In this document: piece after piece, positions 44,601 through 59,600 of the stretch
How the letters are laid out: every line of letters starts with the position of its first letter
How positions within the stretch are numbered: position 1 is the first letter of the stretch
Made by a program: the position numbers and the translations under genes
Assembly: GCA_964270895.1 (NCBI GenBank)
Contig: OZ185437.1
Length of the DNA: 64,000 bases
Strand: one strand, 5' to 3'
From: Podarcis filfolensis
Lineage: Eukaryota
Notes under the pieces: generated by a model
The model's database searches: none
Told to the model about the DNA's origin: nothing
The model's input: the letters and a program-made list of their open reading frames with translations, nothing else

Positions 44601-47600
44601 GGATATTTTGGACATAATATTGGAGAAAAAATATTTCAGATTTGATTATTAATTTTATAGTCAAACTAAAAGAATGGCTCTGGGAAATCCTGTTGCCCCT
44701 AGCACAGCAAATTTATGTAAGTCCTACTTCAATAGCAACTATCAGTTCTGAAAAGAAGAAAAACCTTCATGTACAGTACAGCAAGTATATGATACACAGA
44801 TATTTATATTACTGCTAATCAGGACTGTGTGCTTTCCCCATGTTTTATACAGGTGAACATGGATGATATTCAGTTTACTGATCATATAGACTTACAACAG
44901 ACACAGTGTTCGATGTTATGATTTATAACTCACACATACAAATTTGTGTAAAAAAAATTTACAGTAAATCCACTTTTGAAACAGATTAGATACAGTCATG
45001 GAAGAAACACTTATCAATTTTTAATTAGCCCAGACACTCAAAACAGTGTCTCCATGCACTGAAGCAATATATCTCTGATTATCGGGTGCTAAGGGCAAAC
45101 AACTTGTGGAAGTAGACAGACCTCAGTCTGGTCCAGCAGGTCATATTTCTAAACTTCTAAATTAGGTTTTGAAGGGAGTAAGTTTCTGCCAGAGAAAATT
45201 CAACTAGAGGAAACTATTGTCACCTAACCACTCTCCAACTGCATTATTTCCCATGTTTACAAACCACAAGACAAATCTCCATATCTTTCATATTGGAGTG
45301 ATTTTGCTGAGAGGAACTGGGAGACATCAATAGAAGAAGAAAAACACTGTAAATGCATTTTGGCCACAAGAGGGCATTAATATACAAATACAAATTAATG
45401 AAAGATGGTGACAAATGCCGTATTTATTTAGGTCCTCTAGAATAAATAAATCACACATGCACGTATAGACAAAACCTATTTATGCTACTGGAATAAATTA
45501 CATATCTGGGGAATCTGCATAAATTTCATCAATCACAAGCTTTGTATTATATGCCAATTAGAGTTAAGGTTTTGTGGAGTTTCTTGTTGTTGTTTTTAAT
45601 TTGAAGTGCTTTGAATGTATCACATCAATATGTAATTGAGTGCATTTGTAGCCAAAATGGCATTATTCACACAGAAGAGGGAGGTTATTAGCATGCTCTG
45701 GAGAATCACAAGTTCTGTAGAGAGACAGCCCAAAGAGGACTGAGTTTGCCTGAGTGAGCATAGAATGACAACCAACTGTCCCAAATCCTGCACGGGAGCA
45801 CTGTACACCACAACCTTATTTTGCAGGCCCCATTTGTGTTTGTGTCATACAAATGTAATGGTTAAAAAGATTTAAGATTATTGAAGAACTGTACTGAGGT
45901 CAAAAAGATTTGCAAAGACATGGTGAGATGAACAGATTCCCCTCAAAAATGCACATTAGTTCAGTCTCTTAAATGTCACTGGTTGTGTTCTGTGGTGCAA
46001 TCATACAGCTTTTCAGGGACTCTTGGTTATACAGCCAGAATCCAAAGAACTATTTTAGGCTGATCAAGGTCTTGGAAATGCCCAAAAAGAGTTCTGAACT
46101 TTATCTCTGGAGAGCGGACTTTCATGCCGGGTGACAAAAGGTCTTTGAAATTCCTCTCTGTTTCAAATGCAGTTTACCATGCAGGATTGGTACCTCTGGT
46201 TACGTACTTAATTCGTTCTGGAGGTCTGTTCTTAACCTGAAACTGTTCTTACCCTAAAGCACCACTTTAGCTAATGGGGCCTCCCGCTGCTGCCACGAGA
46301 TTTCTGTTCTCATCCTGAAGCAAAGTTCTTAACCCGAGGTACTATTTCTAGCGGAATCTATAACCTGAAGCGTATGTAACCCAAGGTACCACTGTAATAC
46401 ATTCCCCGTCCCCCCGCAAGTGTGCCAGAATCATACACTCCTTTGGACCCTGAAAAGTTGTCTATGTGAAACAATATACTCAGCCACCATTTCATTACCT
46501 GTGAAATTTCCTTTCTTCTGGTGCTTCTGTTTCCGTTCCGTACAGTTCTCACACAAAAGTTTGTTGTTTCCCATTAAGAGCTCCACATATGTAAACTGGT
46601 AGAGGCATGACTGAACTGAACATTCTTTAGAACTAGTTATGTAACATTGAGAAAGAGTCTGGAAAGCATTTTGAGGGTTTTGCAGTAACGTGGGGTTCTC
46701 TGCTGAACCGTCTATGTTGTTGGACAGACTTGACAGCTGATCTCTACTGAGAGTCCCTTCAGTCTCACTGACACCACTACCCAAGCAGAGGTTTGATAAG
46801 CCAGTAGTAAGTCCCTCTGTACCGCCATCACTTGATTTGTTACACTGTGATTTAATGCTTGCAGATAAACGTTTATGCTCATCAGTGCACAAGCCAGGTG
46901 TGCTACAAGCTCTGCTGGAAGCAGTTTGCTTAGAATGACTTTCGCTTTCAGAGGCCTCACTGTCTGCCCCAATGCTACTTTCAGAATGACTTGCTTCTTT
47001 TTCACTGCCTTCCGTCTGACTTCCATTTGCTGCAGATTCCATTACCGAACTGCTGTCTCCTGTATATGGAACAGCAGATCTGCCTTCACCTTTAGTGTTT
47101 CTGACTTTTTTGTGCATGATAAAATGTCTTGTATCTTCTTCAGCAGAGGAGGATTTTTTGGCAAATCTTCTTTCATGATTTTCTTGGTTCTGTCAATTTC
47201 CACATCATTAGCAAAAGGGAGGAAAAAAACCCAAACGTAAGTCTGTTGAAAATCCATAAAAGCATTGCACTAACTCTTAAAAGCATTTCAAAAAGATGGT
47301 TTTTAAAAAACAAAAAACAAAACAGTGTTTATTTGCTTTAAAATGTCTTTGGCGATGTACTCCAGCCTGAAATATCCTACCTTTCTGAGACAGAAAAACC
47401 CTTTAACCTATCTTATGGAAACCCTACAGCCCCTCCCAGGTGTTAAGATCAGCAGAAGGGGCTTCTTGGTAGTTCTACTACCCTCAGGAGTTTGGGTGGT
47501 GGTAGTCCTGGAGAGGGCATTCTCTATGGCAGACCCCAATATCCTTGTGGATTTCCATGGTCTTTATATAAGATGACAACAAAACCAGCCACAGAAGGCA

Positions 47601-50600
47601 CAAAGACCTACAATTTGATAATGGTTTTGAGGGGATTCCTTGCACAAATGATGATGATCCACAAGTATCTGTGCATTGGATCCATGTTTTTGCATGGCAG
47701 TGCTGGAAAGCTCTGGATCTGTGATGTTTACAGATTAGTGAACACAGACACAGCTGACCAGTTATTTGATAGGAGTTGCAGGGGAGTCCAGTTTCCTTTC
47801 CCCAAATAACTCGCCTACCCCCATGCCCTTCTCAGTTACTCCACCTTCTGGTTAAGCTACTCAGGTACAGATGAGCTCTGAAAAGTATATAGAGCTGAAA
47901 GATGTAGTGCCTAAAGGTAAAGGGACCCCTGACCATTAGGTCCAGTCGTGGCAGACTCTGGGGTTGCGGCGCTCATCTCGCTTTATTGGCCGAGGGAGCC
48001 AGCGTACAGCGTCATGTGGCCAGCATGACTAAGCCGCTTCTGGCGAATCAGAGCAGTGCACGGAAACGCCGTTTACATTCCCGCTGGAGCAGTACCTATT
48101 TATCTACTTGCACTCTGATGTGCTTTCGAACTGCTAGGTTGGCAGGAGCCGGGACCGAGCAATGGGAGCTCACCCCGTCGTGAGGATTTGAACCGCCGAC
48201 CTTCTGATCGGCAAGTCCTAGGCTCTGTAGTTTAACCCACAGCGCCACCCGCATCCCTAGGTAGTGCCTAGGATATCTTAAATTAAATGCATTAATTTAG
48301 TATTGCAAACAAAAATATTTAATTACTAACTAAACTTAAAGCTTAAATTCAATTTTTGATTCCATGCAATTCAAACTTAGATTCCATCTGTAATAAAATC
48401 TCTTACGCTTTCAAAATCAATTTATCTTAAGGGCTTGTAAAACTTCTGCAATAAATAAAGAAAAAACAGTGGCAGTTCATTCCTCTCATGACTCCAATTC
48501 TACAATATTTCATGGATGGATTATTCTTAACATAAAGCAATTTTGGCTGGTTTGAGCAGTAAGTGGGATATGAAAGCATAAAAAAATGAACGTGTACAAC
48601 TTAAGTAAAACTGAAAGTGTTTAAAAATCCCTCTCGAGAACTATATGAACACTATTATACATTTATCAACACTACAAAGTTTAACTTTGATTAACAAAAG
48701 CAGCATTAGGCTCAGCAAAAAGGATTTAAAAGCCTGCCTTCCAATGAAGTGTTGGTTTTTTTCCAAATGCCCTTGGATATTCAGATATAGCTGGGCTTTC
48801 TGTCATCCTTGGCTAAGGAAAGAGGATCCCAACACATGGTGTTTGGAATTGGCAGTGCCCTATCTCAAAATAAATTTTCTAGTAAATATAAAGATGGTAA
48901 ATATCCCTTAGGTGATAGTCCTAAATTACCTCAGCTGGAACTAAAGTCCACTGAATTCAACCGGGCACACATACAAGTTTATGTTTATATGACCAAGGGG
49001 ACCAAGAAAGCTTTCCACTAGCAACAAGGAACTTTCTAAATGAAAAGTGAACCATTTAACTATAGAGTGTAAAGACCTCTTTAGGTCATTTACACACTCC
49101 TCAGATGTGTTTCTCTTTATTTTAATTCAGACTTTGAATTCTAAAATTAATCAGCCTCTAGACCCTATTAGAATTTTCCCAACTAGCTGTATTATTATGG
49201 GCAAGTCACTCATCTAAAAATGGGAACGGCTTCCATTAATTTCCATGGCTCAAAGCTTATACTCTTAAAAGCCTTTCTAAACAATCAGGAGGAAGGGAAT
49301 TGCACTTTAGTTGCATGGGATCCAAAATACCCTTCCTTACAGAAGCACTTGTATTGGCTGCATCACATTTTCCTAGTGCTCAAATCACAGCCTATGTTGC
49401 TCTTCTCCCAGCAAGCAAGGTCCTTGGATTGAAAATTCTGCCAGGAATGTGGCTGAGCAAGTTTCATGGGCCACCAACAGGCCATCATCATTTCAGGAAA
49501 TGGAAGAGTCCAAGCCTGTACCCCAGAGTAGGGGACCCACTACCAATACCTGCAGGCTCCTGATCCTGATATACTCATCCTCGCTGCTGCTTGTTTATCC
49601 GCCCTCTTGAAAGAAACAAGCAAGGAGAAGGAGCAGAAACCCAGCATGCCTCACTGATTATCTTAGAGGACTGGGCCAGTGGGAGAGGTAAGCAAGTGAG
49701 AAACAACAGCAAGGTAGAGGGCGATCTCATGCCGTATCTTGCCTCAAAGTACCAAAAAGCAGCACTTGGTACTATCAGTGACTTACTGATACTGCTGATG
49801 ACATTCTTGATCACCCCATCCCATGTCTGAGACTGCACAAAAGAGACTTGCATGAAAGTTGAAATTGACTGCTTTCCCACAGGCCAACTATTGGGGGGTG
49901 GGGCGAAACTCATAGTGTTTACAATTATTCAATTCCCATTGAAGGATTTCCCAAATAGCCCCTGAAATTCAGTTCCCTGTATTGCTAAGCTCTGGATTCC
50001 TCCACATACAGTCTGAGCATTCCCACTTGTCTTGCCTTTTAAAAATAAGAAGGGGGGAAGGGAACACAGCACAACTATTATTCTCCATGCATTGTACATG
50101 GCCTCAATTTCTCACTGCTACCTCTGAATCAATATGGATTTTTTCTCCCAAAGATTAAAACATAGCAGGGGCAGACTGTGGACTGATGGTATCGCCACAA
50201 TTCTTTTAGTGAGCTTTGCCACTGTACAAGTGGTAGAATGTTTGAAGGAAGCCTTGTGGTCCAGTTTCTGAAACTGGAAAAATAAAAAAAGCATCTCCTA
50301 ATTCCAGACTCCATTAAAAAAGAGGGGGAGAGTTTCTACAAATTTGCATGACTGCATACAAAGAGATGCCAAGTAGAAGATTTTGTGCTAAGAGCAAATG
50401 CATCAAAATCTGAAACAGACAACAAAAATAAAAATCAAAGCATTTGTGTGTATATGGTAGTGGGGGGGTGGAGAGAAGGGGGGAGAGAGAAAGAGCACAA
50501 TAATGGAAGGGAATGGAAAAATAAAAAGCATAAATAGACATTGAAACCTTAATGCCATCCAAAAATAAATAAGTAGGTTTTAAGATTTTCAGCAATGGTA

Positions 50601-53600
50601 TTTTTAAAGTCAGTGGATTAAAAGAACGACTAGGAGATGGGAAATTCTGCCAGACTGCCTTAGAGGCCTCACGCTCACCACTCAGCTGTTAAGCAAAAAA
50701 TTTTTTCATCTGTCAAATGCTGAAGGATATAGGTTAAAATTTTAAATGAAAAATGGTCTGAAGTATTCTATTTTCAATAAATGATCTAAACATAAAAGCT
50801 TTCCTTGTAAAATAATCTACAGTAGAATATTTGAAGCAAAAAATATCAGCATCTCACATTGTATTAGCACATCATATCTGCAGCATGCTGTGCCACCATC
50901 AGGAAGAACCATGTTAAGAGGCTGAACTATGGTTCATAGGCCCTTGGGCCACTGGAGGCTGAGCACATCATGGAAGCCATGTTCCAAGTCTCCTGGGAGA
51001 CTGTGTTGGCTGCACTTCTCATATAGTACACCCTGCCAACTGATCCACCAAATGGCACGAAGGCTGACTTGTCTGCTCTCTTGGCCAGCCCTGCACTGCT
51101 TGCAATTGCAGCCAGAAGCAAACTTGGACAACACTAGAGGAAAGCAGGGAGGAGGGCACAGAGTGTGGAGAATGAATTTGAAAAGTAGCTTTTTATTTTA
51201 TTTTATTTTAAGAAATAAATATCATTTTTAAACCCTTTTTTTTTTAAAAAATCACCTACAGACACACACACATACAATATTTATAGGTGTGGGTGTGAAT
51301 ACATCACACACATTTAAGTTTCATAAATACAGTACTTTAAAATGTATTAACACCACATCATGAGCCCCGGAAGTATTCGGTGTACATATATCAAAAAATC
51401 TGCAATACAGTGCTGTAGATTAAAAGAGACCTATTCAAACCAAATTTGCAGCAAATTTCCATAAAAATGTGATTTGTTATACAACTAGTTGAACTACAGA
51501 TCAGCAATGCTGTTGCATTCTTACCTTATCTTTTGTTAACAAATGTTTTCTAGACAATTTAGATTGTTGATTATTCAGAGCAGTAACAGAAGAACAGTTG
51601 TACTCAACATCTGCTTCTTGGATATGTTTACCTCTGCTTGTCCTCCCAAAAGGAACAGGTTTTGAGATCTGGAAAATACACATGGTTATTCAAGGTAAAA
51701 CATACAATCTCCTATATAAAAAAATATCTTTCCCCCCTACCTTTTCCAAACAAGAAAGTGCTGGCTTATATCAATATGCACAGGGTAAATCAGACATTTG
51801 ACACTTTAAAAAAATATATATCTGGTTAGTTTACTGGTCAAGTTCTAATCATATCGTGTAAAATAATATTAATGTGTTTAAAAATTTAACTAGATTGTGT
51901 TAATAATTACAAAGACATGTATCTTCTAGAAAACTTCACAAAATTACTGCTCCCAGAAACTTGAGAGAGTAGCAAAGGTCAAGGCTTTCCTTTTAAAAAG
52001 CAAATACAATGGGCTAAATCAGCCTTTTCCAAGCTCAGGTCCCTAGTTGTTGCTGGTATACAGCCCACATCAACCCCAACCATCAGTCATGTTTGAAGGG
52101 AATAATGGAGGTTGCATCTGGGCACCCAAGGCTACAGAAGGCTGGGCTAAGATGTAGTCCTAAGCCTTGAGCACTTGCAATCTATGCAGGGTTGCTCCTT
52201 CAGGAACTCCAGAAGCTGCCTTACACTCGGTCAGGCTACTGTTTCATCTTGCTCAGTAACTAGCAGTGACTTTCCAGTTTTCAAATGGGGTTTTCTCTGT
52301 AGATGTAGGGACTGAACCTGGAACCTTCTACATGCAAAGCACATGCTCTGCTAATAGAGCTTCAGCCCTTCTCCAAGAGCTATGGTCCTGCCCTCAAAAT
52401 GTTCCGACAACTGTAGCTAAGTGTCTATGAACAGCTGTAGAATTTCCAAACATAAATAAAGTAGTCCCTGAGCATTTTCAGAGCACATTCATCTATTATA
52501 AATTCATTTGGGTATTTTATACCCTGCTTTTAGGATTAAAATTTCTCAAAGCCCTTTTTTGTTAAGTTCACGAAGAACTGATGTCTGTCTCACCATTAGG
52601 CTGACTACCTAGGATGGCTGCAGTGTGATAGGTGTAAATCAGCAGTGACTTAGGAGGCTGTCTGAAGTAGGGGAAGAACTTGTGATGCACCTCCCCCAGC
52701 TGTTGTTGGACTCCTAACTCCCATCGGCTTCGAGCAGCACGGCACATGGTCAGAGAAGAGTTTGAGTCCAGCGACAGTTGGGATCTCCACCAGTTCTCCA
52801 TCCCTGCAATATGTGAAGTCTAAGTGTTTCCTACAAAATGGTGGCATCATTGCCTTATTAAGGAGTGCATGCATTTGCACATACATATTCATTACATACA
52901 AGTGGTCAAACATGTAGTAAATTGAACCAGCTTTCCAACTCCAGAACAAGTATAAAAAGTATAAAATTGCTTGAAAAAGAAGACACACACACACAAAAAA
53001 CACAACCCACAAGTAAAAGATCCTGCAAGCTGAATGTAGAGATTTAGCCAACTCCACCTAGCTTTCTTCACTGCACCTTCCATAGTCATTACATGCTGGT
53101 TTCTCTGTTGAGAGATACTGTTTGCTAATCTATTTTACATAGCAGGGTCCTAGGGTTTTAAAGGTCCCCTCCACCTGCTTGACTGGCCATGTACCACATG
53201 CTTCAAGGCATATCCTTCCTTTCTTTTCTATTGGTGACCGGTTAAAGTAATACAGTACAGCTGAAAGTGTGTACTCACATATGCTTGTTTTAATAAATTT
53301 CAATTCACAGAAAAATGTGGTAGATTTGTACATGCATATGGGCTATCCAGTCCAAATCAGTAGCACTAGCCTAAGGAGATCATATGTTGCAGAAAAGCAA
53401 AAGAACTTCAACTCTACAGGTCATACTCAAACATCTGATAAGGCTGGGCCTGTACAGAATACAAACTTCATTTATTTGCTCATTTCAAAGTCGTGAGGCG
53501 GCTTAGATAACCAGCTGAGGACTGCATCCATCAGAAATAGCTCTTTTCCCACAACAGTGATCCTTACCCATCCCCAATAATGCTACTTGTTAAAAATACC

Positions 53601-56600
53601 TGATTGCCTGAAGAAGTTCACCCTTCATGGGTCAACACTGAATAATTTAGGTCATTTATTTTAAATATAACTGATGCGGCTGAGCAAATTCCTTCTCTCC
53701 CACCTGTCCACCCTTCAAATACCAAACACTGTGAGGGTGCTTATACTTTATGAGGAAAACACCTCTTTCCATAAGACAATTCAGTTACACTGCATGTTTT
53801 CACTGTGATAACAGATTCATAGCAGAGAAAATGCTAATAACTACTTGTAACACATCAAGTTAATGCTTATACTGCTCACCTTTTATATCTGACAAGATCA
53901 GTTGTGTGCTTCTGGTATAAAACTAGTATTATCATACAGGCAAAGGGAAATGGCTAGATAATAAATGTGTTTGAATTTATTCATCTTGCATAAGAGTCCC
54001 AATTCAGGAAGAGCAATCCGCACACATTAAAAAGGCTCCAGGCATGATTTATTTTTTTTAAAAAAATCTGATAGTCACCCCTTTGGTCAGTGCAGATGGT
54101 CAAGTTCAGTTTTGCAGTGCCAATATCTAAGGCTGGGTATGGAGAGACTGAATCCTGGCAATCTAATGTTTTGGCTGCTCCAACATCCAGTCAGTGATCC
54201 GCAAACACAGCAGCATGATGCTAATGTAGCAATCGTAGCTATTTATTAAAGAAGTTGTTTCTTACCCTCTCTTCTATTATAGGAAGTGAAAGATCAATGA
54301 AAGGTTCCTTTACTGTGGAAATCTTAGAAGAAAGTAAAAAAAGAAATATATCAAAGTGGAGTATGCATCATTTCTGGTTTCCATCATGCATTAGAATCTA
54401 TAAACAATATCTATAAACAATAAACAAAATTATGTTGTGAACCACCCTGCGATCTTCAGATGAAGGGTGGTAAACAAATTTAATAAATAATAAAAAATTA
54501 ATAATATCTGCCTAATTCAAAAATATTACACACATTAAGGTTTCTTTATGTAGTGAAGAACTTCACAATACTGTTTTAGAAATGAAGTGACTGTGATTTC
54601 ATTTTGGTTGTGTTGTTGTTGTTTTTTAAAAAAGCAAAACGGAAGTATGAACACTGTCAAAATCTAGAGATAGGCATAGATTTCATTCGCAACAGAACAT
54701 TTTGTCTTTTAGAACTTAATTTCAATACTATCAGAACATTATTAGAGGCTAAATTTAGGCACAGAAATCTAAACATGTTTAGTTTTTGGCTGTTTTACAC
54801 CGATTTTAACATGCTCCCCTTTCTCTTAACCACTAGCATCACTTTAGGCTTCAGCAACACAAGAACTCTGGCAATGGGCCTATACTAATAAGCAGAGGCA
54901 GCAAAATGCCCCACTTAGAGACTCCACTGGAAACCCACACATTAACATTTAAAGGTGGGTCATGTTTCTTTCACAGTTGAACTTTGAGAGACACTGATGA
55001 AGTCTTTCCAGATACTAGGAGAGGGAGGGGGAAAGAAATATTTTTTCAAGTCCAGCTACAACTGTATCAATGTGGTGCCTGCCAGCAGGATTCTAGCCTT
55101 GTTTCCTATGGACAGGGACTCTCCATGTCCAAAAAAGCAAGCCAACGTTTGCAGTTCAGGGCACCGGTTTCCAGCGACTAGTCCCTGCCAATGCTGGCAA
55201 GGGAATACGAGTCGGAAACTTGTTTACCAGGGCTGTAGATAGCTCATGCCTGACACCAGCATGAGCAGGATTGCAAGGATGAGGCCACAATGATACAGAA
55301 CAGTTAATCTTTCTGGCAGCCCAATCCTAGCCATATGCATGGATCTAGCTGCTTGCAAAGGCTTTGGCTCAATGACATGTTTTCTGACATTTTGCTTATG
55401 AAGTATTCAACATGCATCACACTCGGTAATTTCCTGGTACAGCAAGTCTTAAGGATGTATTTCCCTCGGTGGTTTTTCCCAGGAGGTATCTTGGGAACAA
55501 ATGGTTCACACAGTTGTTGCAAGATGTTAAATTCCACATTTAAGAACAATTTGCCCCCCAGGGACATTCTGATCTACATTGTGAGGAACACTGCCCTCTT
55601 TCAAGGTAGCAAATCTGGCTCCAGTATTTCCATTTATGCAACTGTTCAGCATCATCACTATGCCAGTAGATAACATCATGAGTAAACATTTCAATATGCC
55701 ACTTCGATGCCACAGACTGCAGGGCTTATTCAGGAATAAATTATTATACTGCTTTTTGATGGTGCAGCATAATAATACTCTAAAACAGGTGTGGCTAACT
55801 GTTTTTTACTTGAAAGCTGACCAAATTCACTACTGACCAACTCTTCAGGGTCCACATGCCAGTGATAAGTGTGGCCATTCCACAAATAGGGGCAAACAGC
55901 TCCCCCCTTCTCAGAAAATCCATGCAGATCAGCTAATTTCAAATGTTTGAGCTAATGACTGAGAAGGTGGAGATTTGGATTCCCATAGGGGTGCTGGGCT
56001 CTGCTCACCTCAGAGCTATCTCTACTTTGAAGTGTGTAGAATTATAATTTTTTGGCTAGAGCTGCAAATTCTGAGGTCTTGAAGAGCAAAGAAACTGGCT
56101 TGGGGGGTTGGATCAGGTCCCCAAACTGGGGGTTAGCCACCCCTGCTCTAGAAAGAGGAGGAGCATCATGGAATGATTAAAATTGTCCCTTGTTATGCTG
56201 GCGTGCAACTGGGTGGTGTGAACAAGTTTGTGGGACAGGGCTAAAGGCTATAGAAAGATTTAAGTCTTTCAATGATGTACTGTATTTAGACTGATATTAT
56301 AAAACAACAAGTCTCCTGAAAGTTATAATGGAATTGCCACACTGGGGAATATCTCATATTTGCTAAAATATGAAAGCCAATATATTGTCAGCTGGCAGAA
56401 CTATATAAGGCTGCTGAACAACTGTCTGTCTACCTACCTATCACCCAGAGCCAGCCTCAGGGATCAGCATTGTTGGGCAACAACTGAGGCCCATGGCCTA
56501 GCGGGGGCCCTCTGCCAATCCCTGGAATCTCTTGGCCCTCTTGTTGCTTCCTATTTAACTGCTCTTGAATCAAAAGGAAAATTAGGGAAGCAAGAAGGAC

Positions 56601-59600
56601 TCACATACCTCCCCCACCCAACACACACACTCTCTTTCTTGAAATTGGTGAAAACAATCCGGAGGGAGGAATGAACAGGTAGCAGAAACAGTAGCAAGGA
56701 GGTTGGTATGCCCAGTTAGGGAAAAGGGCCCACTGAAAGAATTTTGTCAAAAGACCTCACCACCAAAAAAACCCAAACCACCCCCATTTATAACTGGCAC
56801 TACTAACAGCTTCTGGGATATTAGTATTTTCTGTAGATGGCATTTTTAGTTCCATGCTGTGCATGAATAACTAGCTAAGGAACTCTGAAGAGCATGTATA
56901 AGCACACACAAAGACCTATAGGTCTCTGATGATAATGTGACAAACCTGCAGAAGGGTTGAGAAGAACATCTAGTTTTTCTTCAAGCAAGGAAGCAGCTAC
57001 ATGGCAGCTGGAGGGATATGTTATACTTAATGCATAATTAGTTTTTGATCTTACTTTCATTACAGTATTAGAATTCAGATCTCCAACCTAAAATTATCCA
57101 GGTGATCAGGGTTGTTGTTTTTTATGAAACTTCCTTCTCTATATGAAAGTGAAATTTAAAGGGTTGCACTTTGAAATAATCTGTTTTCTAATATACTATT
57201 GCAATACATTGATAAAACAGACAGTACAGAAGTTAATCAAAAAACACAGTACATTCACATCATTAAGTGATCTTTTACTTTAACAAATCAAATTCCAGAA
57301 TACCTACATTTTCACATTCCTCACACATGATAGTGCTAGTCAATTCACCAACAAAGATCCTATCTATGAAGTTCATCTTCACACCCTCTCTTCCATATGC
57401 TGCAAAAACATTACCCTTTTTTAAAGGAGGAAACACATACATCCATTCTAAAAACAATTCATTCTAGGATTTTCTTCTGAAAACAATTAGTGCATTGTAA
57501 GTAAACATCTGCAATACTATCAACACAGAAACGTTTCCATTCATCAGTACTTAATACAGTTTTTGAGAGTGATAAAACATTTAGTTTTGATTTCTGTTTC
57601 AGATAGCTAACAGCATGTATTTCAAAACAAGGGATTAAAATGCAAAATATGACTATACCTATCTATATACTCTTACATAGTGGACATTTTATTATGCTAT
57701 ACTGTACAAAGCATCAACAGCACTTCAGAGTGATCCCACTATGTTTTTCCTCCTTGAGTCTGCCTTAAGTATTAAAGAAGTAACATTTAAGGCAGACTCC
57801 TTTGCAGGGCAATGAGAGGAACTTTTGGTTTTCATATCCAAAACAAGACTCCATAGTAACTTGTAATAAGATATGAAAAGCAAATACTTTAACGTAAATC
57901 ATAATGCTTGTGTTTTAAATTCATAGATAAAAATATATTCCAGCTCATGTTTTTTGTATGTGTGCTTTGATATTTTGACTTATGCAGCTGTTAAGGCAGT
58001 CCTGCTGGTTTTGCCTGAACTTGCTTCCCAGTAAATGTGGAATGTGGCCGTATAAGGTTACAGCCTTATATCTCTGACTTACAGGGTAATTTATGGACAG
58101 CTTAATGCCACAGTTTCTAAGTGGTGATTTGCCTTGAACTAGACTTCATAGACTCACCCTCCAAGGGCTGAGAAAAAGGGGAGGGTGTTTTCCATTCCTT
58201 CCTCCTCTAGCCTTCACCAAACTGAATCCTCAACTTAATTATACTTGAGTAGAGGGCAGCGAGCAGGACTTCCTGACCCACTTAAAATTCTAGCTTCTCC
58301 ATATATTTTTTTTACAGAGGGCTAAAGACAGAAGACAACCTAGCTATGTGAATCATAGCTAGATCGGAGAATCAGGTTACAAGTGTAAAACAAAATGATC
58401 TATGGGAGTGTTTTGCATGCGCACTAGATGGCACCAGAATAATAGGCACAAGCCCTGAAAAAGCCACACGGAACCTCCAGTGTGATTCATTTGAATGAAA
58501 TTATATATTCATGAATACAATATTTCATAGTCAATTTATTTGCAAAAGCAAACTCAAACCAGACTCTGTGCAAGTTAACACAATGGCACATTTGCTAAAT
58601 ACCTTTGACTTTCCTTTTTGTCTCTTCGTCTGCAGTTTTAGTTGTTGGATTATTGAATGCTTTTAAGATTGCAGCTTGTATGCGCTGTAAGAAACATTCA
58701 GCACATATTTTATTTGTGAAAAGTTCAAACTTGCAAGTATATATAAGTGAAAAATATTAAATGAAACAAACAACAACAAATAAGAACATTTGACAATACT
58801 GTCAAAAATACGTAGCCTCTTTCATTTTATACATGGTCAGTAAATTTGAAACTTAAATTGTTAATATTAAAGGTTTCCTTCAGCTGCCCCACTTCAAAGA
58901 TAACTATGTTTCTTCAGGCAAGTAGCAAACTGATTACAGAATTGTAGAATGATTATCTTTTTCCCTCCCTAAAAAAGCCATGGGAGAAACCCTGAAATGC
59001 AAAGTAGAAGACAACAAAATTGCCACCCTAATTTAATTGTTTTAATGGAAAAATGCAGCTGTATTTACTGAGCCAGCTTTCTAACATAAAGCACAATGAC
59101 AAAAGTAATTAAAGTCAACCCGGTATCTTGGTGATGGGGTATTTGTTACAGGGCTCAGAACCTGTGGCTCACCAGATGTTGTTGACCTACAACTCCCATC
59201 ATTCCTGACCACTGGCCATGATGGCTAGTAGCAAAGGGAGTTGTAGTTCAGCAGCAGCTGGAGGGCTACTAGTTCCCTGCGGCTAACATAGAATCTATTA
59301 AAAAAATACTGGTATGGTATAATGGCTAAGCGTGTGAACCGAAGTGCCCAGTTTGCTTTTGCCTCGATGTATATGAATATATTTAACATGTTTCAGCTTT
59401 CTCTCTCTATAAACAACAGCAGCAGAGAGACAAGGCAATCAGAATTGGGCCTGTGTTGGATGTGGGACAGAGATTAGCTCTTTTCCCCACTGTGGTCCAG
59501 ATTGAAATAAAATACACACACACTGAACCTCCTGTAAGCCCTGCCAGGGAAGATTCCATCGGAGTCAATGGAAACTTTATTGCTAGGACTTATAATGACC

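Noticed and set aside
53608-53640. CTGAAGAAG followed by an 8-bp hairpin, hammerhead-like
   Set aside because: No GAAA after helix II and no helix III or NUH site; compatible with chance.
49400-56550. Moderately GC-rich intronic patches with 80-110 aa ORFs (49575-49913, 50929-51231, 55304-55673)
   Set aside because: No recognisable domain or consistent splice framing; possibly old TE debris, but unsupported.
57520-57550. CTGATGAATGGAAACGTTTC on the minus strand, minimal hammerhead-like core
   Set aside because: No helix II pairing and no helix I complementarity.
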